From Octopus vulgaris (taxonomy: Eukaryota), in assembly GCA_951406725.2 (NCBI GenBank), contig OX597828.1, positions 744,001 to 808,000 of the forward strand: 64,000 nucleotides of DNA, read 5' to 3'. Made by a program: the position numbers and the translations under genes. The notes under the pieces are model-generated. The model made no database searches, was not told where the DNA came from, and worked only from the letters and a program-made list of their open reading frames with translations. This document shows positions 46,343 through 56,277 of this stretch, piece after piece (position 1 is the stretch's first letter; the number at the start of each line of letters is the position of its first letter).

Positions 46343-46730
46343 CTCTTTTACTCTTTTACTTGTTTCAGTCATTTGACTGCGGCCATGCTGGAGCACCGTC
46401 TTTAGTTGAGCAAATCGACCCCGGGACTTATTCTTTGTAAGCCCAGTACTTATTCTATCGGTCTCTTTTGTCGAACCGCTAAGTGACGGGGACGTAAACA
46501 CACCAGCATCGGTTGTCAAGCAATGCTAGGGGGACAAACACACACACATACACATATATATATATATACATATATACGACAGGCTTCTTTCAATTTCCGT
46601 CTACCAAATCCACTCACAAGGCATTGGTCGGCCCGGGGCTATAGCAGAAGACACTTGCCCAAGATGCCACGCAGTGGGACTGAACCCGGAACCATGTGGT
46701 TGGTTAGCAAGCTACTTACCACACAGCCAC
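46343..46730 (-). mobile_element. tRNA-derived SINE, copy 1
   Basis: - strand A box TGGCTGTGTGG, B box GGTTCAGTCCC, internal (TA)/(TG) tract, tail (GAGTAAAA)n. Confidence 0.85.
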
Positions 46731-46739
46731 TTTTGTATG

Positions 46740-46782
<43 letters not shown>

Positions 46783-46786
46783 TCAT

Positions 46787-47204
46787 TTCTCTCATTTACT
46801 CATTTACTTGTTTCAGTCATTTGACTGCGGCCATGCTGGAGCACCGCCATTCGTCGAGCAACTCGACCCCGGGACTTATTCTTTTTGTAAGCCCAGTACT
46901 TATTCTATCGGTCTCTTTTTACCGAACCGCTAAGTGACGGGGACGTAAACACACCAGCCTCGGTTGTCAAGCAATGCTAGGGGAACAAACACAGAGACAC
47001 AAACACACACACATACATACATATATATATATACATATATACGACAGGCTTCTTTCAGTTTCCGTCTACCAAATCCACCCACAAGGCATTGGTCGGCCCG
47101 GGGTCATAGCAGAAGACACTTGCCCAAGATGCCACGCAGTGGGACTGAACCCGGAACCATGTGGTTGGTTAGCAAGCTACTTACCACACAGCCACTCCTG
47201 CGCC
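46787..47204 (-). mobile_element. tRNA-derived SINE, copy 2 (complete head GGCGCAGGAGTGGCTGTGTGG)
   Basis: Near-identical to copy 1; A and B boxes intact. Confidence 0.88.
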
Positions 47205-47281
47205 ATATATATATATCTTTATATATATATACATATATATATATAACTTTATATATATATGTATGTATATATGACTTTATA

Positions 47282-47314
<33 letters not shown>

Positions 47315-47466
47315 TGTGAAATAGAAAGATGAATAATCTTGTTGCAGATAAATCAAAAGTTTAACCGATACCTTGGTAGCAAAAATCACAGCAGAAGACA
47401 GCACGGTTGGAGGTACAACCATATGGTGTTGCAACCGTACGTTGGTGCGGATAATTGAATTTTAAT

Positions 47467-47595
47467 ATTATTAGTGAATTGAAGAAATGGAGTTGAACGA
47501 AGATTGAACAGAAATCGTTTCGAAACACGTGTAGAATGCAATAAAACGATTTCTGTTCAATCTTCGTTCAACTCCATTTCTTATAATTCATATAA

Positions 47596-47600
<5 letters not shown>
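47467..47600. repeat. Fold-back repeat
   Basis: AAGAAATGGAGTTGAACGAAGATTGAACAGAAATCGTTT and its perfect reverse complement about 24 nt downstream. Confidence 0.8.
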
Positions 47601-47645
<45 letters not shown>

Positions 47646-47671
47646 GGGCCTAGTAAAATAAATTACTTTGC

Positions 47672-47714
<43 letters not shown>

Positions 47715-47720
47715 ATAAGT

Positions 47721-47764
<44 letters not shown>

Positions 47765-48075
47765 CGGGAAGCTTTATGAAAATAGACAAAAGACGAAGGC
47801 AGGTGGAAAACAAACAAACAATTGTATTAGTATGGCGCTCAGGAAATATAAATAAAACAAGTCTTTAACGTTTCGAGCCTACGCTCTTCAACAGAAAGAT
47901 ACACAGAGAGAAAAAAAACACAGAAAGAAGGAGAGAAAAAAAATGCGTGCAATAACTAACGAATCAACATGGCGATCTGATTTCGGCCAGAGGTCAAAGA
48001 TCAAACATGAGACGCGAGAGCGAAATAAGGGGAGATAATAGGGTTGATAATAGGGTTGAATGACCAGCTCAAACA

Positions 48076-48450
48076 TAAGGGTGTGTGTGTGTGTGTGTGT
48101 ATGAGAGAGTATTAGTGCGTATGAGAGGTCTGGACGTGTGTATGTATAAGGTTGGTGTATGTATTAGTATGTATTAGTATGTATAAGGGTGTGTGTGTGT
48201 GTGTATGAGAGAGTATTAGTGCGTATGAGAGGTCTGGACGTGTGTATGTATAGGGTTGGTGTATGTATTAGTATGTATTAGTATGTATTAGTACGTATTA
48301 GTATGTATAAGGGTGTGTGTGTGTGTGTGTGTATGAGAGAGTATAAGTGCGTATGAGAGGTCTGGACGTGTGTATGTATAGGGTTGGTGTATGTATTAGT
48401 ATGTATTAGTATGTATTAGTACATATTAGTATGTATTAGTTGGTGTATGT
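48076..48450. repeat. Three-unit minisatellite (~110-125 bp) with nested (GT)n and (TATTAGTATG)n
   Basis: ATGAGAGAGTATTAGTGCGTATGAGAGGTCTGGACGTG occurs three times, with one substitution in the third. Confidence 0.85.
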
Positions 48451-48858
48451 ATTAGTATGGCACATCATATATGATGTGATGTGTAAAGTCGTGTGGTGTA
48501 GTGTGGAGAGAGGGGAGGAGGGGGAGCGGAGGGGGAGAGGAAGGGGCGGGCGGGGAGGAGGGGAGGAGGAAAGAGGGAGAGGGGAAGAGGGAAGGAGGGA
48601 GGGAGAAAGAGGGAAGAAGGGAAGGGGAGTAGGGGTGAAAGGATGAAGGACTGAAGAAGTAGGGGTCGGGGGAAGGTAGGTGAGGAGGGGGGAGAGGGGG
48701 TTAGATGAGGAGGGGGATATAAAATAGAAATATTAAAATTACTAAGTCTCTCTAAAGGAGATTACGGCAGCGTTACTGGATATTCATAGTTATCGCCATA
48801 CTAATATGGCAGTCTATAAATATAAGACTAAAGCTTATATATGTCTGCACATATGTCT

Positions 48859-48942
<84 letters not shown>

Positions 48943-49019
48943 GTGTGTGTGTGTGTGTAAATATATCTTTATATATATATATCTTTATATATACATATCT
49001 TTATATATAAACATATATG

Positions 49020-49631
49020 TCCGAAACTGAATATGAAACTTACAGTGTACACTGGTCCTCTGGGAATTTCAATCCCAGAGCCTAAGTCAGTGAGGAACCT
49101 GGGTATCGACATGAGTGATGATACCTCTTTCCAAGGGCACATTACCAGGATGGCGACAAAGTGCAGACGACTGGCTGGCTGGATCCTAAGGACATTCAGA
49201 ACCAGAAATAAGGAAACCATGAAGGTCCTCTGGAGGACATTCGTCCTCAGCCACCTGGATTACTGCACACAGCTATGGTCACCCACCAGTGTGAAATTAA
49301 CAGCGGACCTTGAAGCAATCCAGAGAAGATTCACAAAGAAGATCGTCTCTTTGCAACAGCTCAGCTATTGGGAAAGGTTGAAACTGCTAAGACTCTACTT
49401 CCTGGAGAGAAGGCGGGAGAGGTATGCAGTAATATATATCTGGAAGATCCTGGAAGGAATTGTGCCAAATGTTGGCATTGAAAGCTACACCAATGCCAGA
49501 ACGGGACGACACTGCACAGTGCCAAAGATCCCCGCAACGCCATCGTGCTTCAGGACCAGTTACTGCAACAGCCTGGGTTTCAAGGGTCCACAGCTTTTTA
49601 ATATTCTCCCAAAGAGTCTGAGGAACCTGCA
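49020..49631 (+). mobile_element. CR1-group LINE fragment (post-RT), cut at a Gypsy LTR
   Basis: Nearly identical to 28390-29000; homology stops at ...AACCTGCA|TGTTGTG. Confidence 0.9.
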
Positions 49632-52310
49632 TGTTGTGTGGACGCCCCCAGACGATGAAGTAGGCTAGCCCAATACGTAGATATAGAGGGAGAAGTCTAG
49701 ACGTCAAGGAATTGAGTAGAAGATTTTGTAGTTGACAGGTGTTATTTTGAGTTGCTGAAGTTGAGTTATATTTGTGAGTAGAAGTGAATTTATTGTTGAT
49801 ATTGCTTTTATTAATACCGTTGTTATTACTGTTAATTTTTTGTGTTGTTGAATCTTCCGATTGAGAAGGTGCCAGCGGGCGGCCACAGCTATGCAGTCGC
49901 AACTGGAGGACAAGCAGAGAAGGAAGCATTGAAGACGTATGAAATAAAAGTCGAGCCCAGAAAGATGAAGCCTAGCAAGAATCTGCTGAGAAAGGAAGGC
50001 GAGAAGATAATGTTGATGCCATCCGAGGAACTGACGAACAGTGTTATGAAGAGGACGGTGACGTACAAGACCGTGAAGGCCGCTACTAGAAAAATTGAGA
50101 TAGCATCGGTGGAGGAGATCGAGAAGGTGCTGGAAAGCATGAAGAAGGTGATAATATTCAGAGCATGAGGCAGGAAATATGCCACTGTGGACGTGCGTTT
50201 TACGTCAGAGGAGGAAGCGGTGAGGCATGTGACGGAGGCAATCCGCTCAGGAGAATGGATTCTTCAGCCATCCTATTGCGGCAAACGTGTAGCGAGAGTT
50301 CGGGTGGGTCAGGTACCCACTGAGCTGGAGGAAGCATGGCTGATGATGGCTATCATGTATAGCATGGAGGAGGAGGCCAAAATTCTGAAGGCAACCAGAA
50401 CAAACAAGGTGGACTACTGGGCTATGGGTTGGAGTTAACAATCCAGGCAACAGTGGAAGACCTCAACAGAATACCAGAGGAGATAGTGTTACCTGACGGG
50501 TTTTCACTAAGAATGAAGGATGAGGGCAAACCGCCTGTGTGTTATGAATGTGGCGAAAAGGGTCACATGAAGGCGAGATGCCCACGAAAAGAACAGATAG
50601 AGACTAACGAAAACGTTGAACAGGCAGTGACAGTTGAGAATAAGGAGAAAGCTGACGAAGAAGAATTCACACTGTTGGAAAGAAAAAGGAGTAGTGGTAG
50701 GGTAACCCTGCCGCCGACTAACCAAAAAAAGAAGAAAGAAGAGGTGGAAAAGAAAGAAACGACGAGAAAGAAAGAGGATACGGAAAAGGAAAGTGATCGA
50801 ATAATTAAGGTGTGTGACAACGAGTCAGAGAAGGAGGAAGCGTGTACAGGTGATTTGACGGAGGTCTTAGGAACGCAACTACAGGAGGATGAGATGGAGA
50901 AGCTGTTTACGGTAGAGACGGAGAAAGAGAAGGTACCAGACTCAGAGAAGAGTATAGAGGAGCTGTTGTTAGAAAAGGTAGTAAAGGAAGAAAGGAGAAG
51001 ACTGAGAGGAGGTAAGAACTAATGGAATTTTGTAACCTATTCGAAGAATAAGGAGGTGGAGAAGAAAATAGTTAAATTTAAGCACATCATTAGGGTAAAG
51101 CTACCAACTGACGTGTACCCAGAGAGTGTAGAGGCCATTGTGGTCGATAGAGGAACATAAGGAAGCTTAAGGATATATGTGGAAATAGGATTGACCCAGT
51201 TGGTGGAGTTTAATGAGCTGCCACCGGTAATCGATCTGGTGGAGTTAGAGCTGTATATGAGGCATTAAAATGAGGGGGAAAAAAGGAAAAAAAGAAAGGA
51301 AAAAGTTTGAAGAAATAGGAAAAAAACGATAATTAAATGAAAAAAAAGAAAAAATTATCAACAGACAGTGTGTGTACAAACGTTCAAATGGTACTGTATG
51401 AGGAGTGGGGCCCATGTAGCCATTCATCTTACATTTTTATATAATTCATATTCATTCGTTATATGTTTATTGTCCCCACTGTGGTGTTGTGTCTGTCTTT
51501 GTAATGTCCCCTCTGTGTTAAGTGGCCTGAGTGCCAAAATAAAAAATCAGTTGAGTAGAGGTCATCCGAACGTGTGATATAACAGTGGTGACGAGGATTT
51601 CGTAGCTCACACAGCCACTGTGTAGTATTGCGATATAACAGTGGCGACGAGGTTTCGAATAGTACCGAAATGGAAGAGTTACTGAAAGCAGTTGTAAAAC
51701 AACATGAGCAACAGCAGCAACAACTACAGAAGTTGTTACTGCAGTCGAGAAATATGACAGAATCATTTTCAGCAGATGGTGTTGCAAATTCCATCGAAGA
51801 ATTTCACTGCAATCCGGATGAAGGAACTACTTTTGCTGCATATTACAGACAATACGAAGACGTATTCCAAGAGGAATGCAAGAGATGGTCTAATGAAAGG
51901 AAGGTAAGGCTCTTTTTGCGAAAGCTTGCTACTCCGAAACACGAAAGATTTTCTAATTTTATTTTACCGAGAAAGCTCGCGCAATTGTGTTTTGATGAAA
52001 CGATAAATATTTTGACTAATATTTTTAGCGAGAAAAGTTCACAGTTTAACATTCGGTGGGAATGCTTAAATTTAAAGAAAAATGAGCCGACGATTTTGTA
52101 ATATATGCTGGTATGATTAATAAGGCTTGCAAAAGGTTTAAGCTGAAAGAATTAATGCCAGATATGTTCAAGTGCCTAATATTTGTTAAAGGGCTGGTGG
52201 CAACGGAAGACGCGGAAATTAGAAAAAGAATATTATCAAAGTTGAATCAAAATGTGAAACTCACTTTGCAGAATATGGCTGAGGAATGCCAACAAATAAT
52301 AAACATTTGT
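49632..52310 (+). mobile_element. Ty3/Gypsy remnant: short split 5' LTR (49632-49720 plus 51560-51584), PBS, gag fragment
   Basis: TGTTGT...ATAACA termini. PBS TGGTGACGAGGAT, complementary to a tRNA-Ser(GCU)-type 3' end, duplicated at ~51642. Gag-like ORF 51670-52310 (SIEEFHCNPDEGTTFAAYYRQYEDVF...KVRLFLRKL). Confidence 0.75.
49721..51550 (+). mobile_element. ORF1-only retroelement, diverged solo copy B (ORF disrupted)
   Basis: 9-bp TSD TTGAGTAGA (49712-49720, 51551-51559). ORF pieces 49842-51268 contain RVRVGQVP...EGKPPVCYECGEKGHMKARC. 3' UTR shares TGGGGCC, TGTCCCC and TAATGTCCCCTCTGTGT, and ends AATAAAAAATCAG. Confidence 0.8.
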
Positions 52311-52749
52311 ACATTATTATTCTGTCTTGTTTTGTTCTTATTGTCCTGTTCTTGTTACCACTTTTACCCTCCGCAAAAAATCACAAATTTTTATTTAATT
52401 TGCTTTGCGGGAAGGACTGTTTCAACAAAGTCGCGTCTTATCCCTACCTTCAAACGCAGAGTAGATGAAACAGGGACAACTGAAGAAGGGGAATATTCCT
52501 TGTGTTGTATGTCTTATACTCTGTTTTTTTTTCGTTGTTTGAAAAAACGATCGTTTCTATGTTTTTGTTTTTATGTTTTCGTTTCTCATTGTGATCAACG
52601 TGTTTTTATGTCCTATACCCTTATATGCATGTATATATACATATATATATGTGTAGGTATGTACATATATGTATGTATATATGCATATATTTATATATTA
52701 TTTATATTATTATATTATCGAACACCACGCATCCTTTTCCAAGTAAGTT

Positions 52750-52787
<38 letters not shown>

Positions 52788-52789
52788 CT

Positions 52790-53720
52790 CTGTATGGAGT
52801 GAATGGTTACCTCTATGGAAATATATACACACACGTTATACATACATGTGTGCATAGATGAATATATAAATACATTTATATATCTATATACACTTTTGGG
52901 TGATCTTTCTTTTTCTTAGAGATAACTTTAAATCTTATTTTCGTCCTAAAAAACTTTGTATGGAGTGAATGGTTACCTCTATGGAAATATATACACACAC
53001 GTTATACATACATGTGTGCATAGATGAATATATAAATACATTTATATATCTATATACACTTTTGGGCGATCTTTCTGCTACTTAGAGATAACTTTAGATC
53101 TTATTTTCGTCCTAAAAAACTTTGTGCGGAGTGAATGGTTACGTCTATGGAAATATATACACACACATTATACATACATCTGTGTATAGATGAATATATA
53201 AATACATTTAAATATCTATATACACTTTTGGGCGATCTTTCTGCTACTTGGATATACTTTAGATCTTATATTCGTCCTAAATAACTTTGTATGGAGTGAA
53301 TGGTTACCTCTATGGAAATATATACACACACATTATACATACATCTGTGTATAATTGAATATATAAATACATTTAAATATCTATATACACTTTTGGGCGA
53401 TCTTTCTGCTACTTGGATATACTTTAGATCTTATATTCGTCCTAAAAAACTTTGTATGAATTGAAAAATAAAATGAATTTAAATTTTTAAGAAAGGAATT
53501 TGTTTACATACATGTGTAAAATGGCAAATGTTTGTGCAGTTGTCCGAAATGGAACCAGGGTAAATGTGTGGAACTGATGTATAATAATGAATAGGCCTTC
53601 TTGTTGTGAATATTAATTTGATGAATATGAACTGAAAACCAGTGGTGTAGCAAAAAGGATGACCAGTCTGACTGGCTCATCCCTGTCACACACGCACACA
53701 CACGCACCCTCACACACACG

Positions 53721-53751
<31 letters not shown>

Positions 53752-54196
53752 ACACACACACACACACGTTAGCTTACAATTTTATTTATATATTTGCGTG
53801 TCTATGTGTGTAAAGAGGAAGTGGGAGTAATATGCAGAGTAAAGGCTTTGAAGTGAAATGGTAGTTTTCTCGAATTTTTTCTGAAATGGGGGTGAAATTG
53901 AAAGAAATTTTGTATGTCATGACCGAATGGAAGTACTTTGAAAAATCATAGGTAAACTCTAATTGAAGAAATTGTGTGAGGAGTAAATCGTTATGTATTT
54001 ATTTGTTTCTGTTTGCTGTGTTTTCTTTTTTTTGAGTAGTGGTTTAAGGTACACTTGCAAAGAGAAAGTATGAGGAATTATGGTGATAGCATGAGTGATC
54101 CGTTTTATATAAATACTTTCACTTTAATCGTTGCACACGTGCAAAGAGAAAGGAGGAGAAATTAGGGTGATAGCGTGAGTGAAGCAGATCGCTCCG

Positions 54197-54258
<62 letters not shown>

Positions 54259-54477
54259 AGCCCACACTAAGAAAAGCACTTCACTTACACACCACAATGT
54301 GAGTTTTCTCTAAATTTTGCTTAATTGGGGTTGAAATTTGAAAAACTGGACCTGGCACGACCCGATGTATTCTACTCTTAAAAATGCTAGGTAAATTGTA
54401 ATTGAAGAAATCCTATATTGTAGATTTCTATAAGAGACAAAGGGAGGCAGATAAAATCTGCCTTTTATAATAAGAGA
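52790..54477 (-). mobile_element. Helitron-like element with ~166-bp minisatellite, copy 2
   Basis: Same four-unit array and same terminus as 15721-16843, with extra internal segments. Confidence 0.65.
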
Positions 54478-54917
54478 TAGACGCGTGCGCGTGTGTGTTT
54501 ATGCGTAGAAACATAGTTTCACAGGCGCACACGCATATGCTGAGTGAGTTAACGAAGAAAGTAGCACTCAGCACGTTTCGGTAGAGTTATATGTATTCAA
54601 TAATGGTCTGATTCAGTTCCATGTCACTTCAAGTTTCGTAGCCATAGGACACGTTCTGCGAAATTCACTCACGTTCAATTAATTTAACTAAGATCTCCTG
54701 GAATACGATATGATGGTTCGAAAGAGAAGCGAACAATGTTGCATGAAGATAACCAAACCATAAAATAACAGCAATGTTAATCAATGGTAGAGAATTCAGT
54801 GCAAAGACAAGGGACCGCAACAGATGCAAGAAATAGGTTTGCCACGTTTCCTACTCTACTGTCGTATGAAATTAACGACAATTGCCTGGCATGAGAATAT
54901 ATTTGTTTTATTTACAG

Positions 54918-55022
54918 ACTGCATGATGTTTACCAAGGTTCTGAAAAGAGAAGGAAGTCTAGGAAAAATTTCTTACCAGCATGTGACGGTGCCATCCTCG
55001 ACATGGACTATTCTCCAACTCA
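54918..55022 (+). CDS. Host WD40-repeat gene, exon l (LHDVYQGSEKRRKSRKNFLPACDGAILDMDYSPT)
   Basis: tttatttacag| ... |gtgagt; phase 2 to phase 2; GAILDMDYSP is a WD first strand; gene continues beyond the window. Confidence 0.85.
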
Positions 55023-55169
55023 GTGAGTAGGTTACACGATCTTCTGATTCCTTTAGGATTTCTTATGAAAGCGTAGAAAGGGCACATAGTAATACAAGGT
55101 ACAAGGTTTTCGGGCGAATGGAAGAAGACATTAAACTCTCTCTGACACATGTCACTTAACTATAAAGAG

Positions 55170-55430
55170 CTATTATTATTTCTCATTATCACACGTTTTG
55201 TTAGAACTCCTGGAGTCTTGCATGCGGAGCAGGCTTCCTACTTGCAATCTACTGTACCATGCTATCCGTTCTTTTCAGCTGTCTAATACATTCCTGATTA
55301 ATCTGGCCATACCGAGGCAAACCTCTACTCCAATTTCCTTTATAGTCTCCTTGATGTCTTCTGATACTGTTACAAAGGACTTAAGAATAATTGGCACTAT
55401 CTTCACCTTCTTCATTTTCCATTTTGGGGC
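55170..55430 (-). pseudogene. 3' end of an R4/Dong/HERO-like (RLE) LINE
   Basis: - strand WKMKKVKIVPIILKSFVTVSEDIKETIKEIGVEVCLGMARLIRNVLDS* followed by a (TAA)n tail. Confidence 0.55.
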
Positions 55431-55434
55431 TATC

Positions 55435-55940
55435 TATCTTTTCGCCTTCCTTCATAATCGCACCAAGACACTTTTCAATGGTGCTTTCCTCCAGGTGTTC
55501 AAATCTTTTTTTCTCTACATTGTATACTTTATAGACAATAATCTTTTCTTTCATTTTATTTTTTATTTCGTTTGGTGGTGTTATCCTAGATTCACCGTCT
55601 TTGTCGGTGATCAATCCGAAATAGGTTTGTATTTCTTCCATTTTAATTTTAATGAGTTCGCGCCCGCCGACGACTGCAGCGAAATTCATTTTTGGACTTC
55701 CTTTTATCGAAAACATTTTAACAAAAATGCTTCCGTATAAACGGTGAAAATATTGTCAATTTCCCCAAACAGGGACAGAATTCAATTTTTAAACAATAAC
55801 CAAAGCTCCTTCTCCCAAAGGGGGAGGGTTACGGTTTACAATTATTTAACAAATGCAACACAACAACGTTTCTCTTACGAGGAACCAACAAACCTGATAA
55901 CAATAGTTAAACAGTAATAATAATAACAACAAACCTTACA
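55435..55940 (-). pseudogene. 5' fragment of a distant relative of the ORF1-only family
   Basis: NFAAVVGGRELIKIKMEEIQTYFGLITDKDGESRITPP...EKIIVYKVYNVEKKRFEHLEESTIEKCL aligns by eye with TYAGVTKK...DMAKLPSYQKYMKKESGEVELSPT...KRTIVYRVFANERKRVEVVTMEWIEEAL; (GTT)-rich leader. Confidence 0.65.
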
Positions 55941-56277
55941 ATGAATCAAAAACCAGTACTCAGTTGAAGCTATAGTCCTTTATGTATAAGAAATAAACCA
56001 ACAGCAGTACTCAGTAGAAACGGCTGTTCGAGAAAACAGACATTACATACAGCCAAACTTCATATAGATACTTAATTCTAGCTAATTAGCAGATAATCTA
56101 ATGTAAAAGCCGTGGTAAACTAAAGTATAATATAATTATTAAATCGTAACATAACAATTAAAAGTAAAAATAGCAATTGGTATAAAATTGCATCAATGAT
56201 TTGAACTTGAATAAGTGGTTTCACATGAATGGGAATAAATTAAAAATAAAATTAGCGTGCAGAAATGGAATAGTCCA

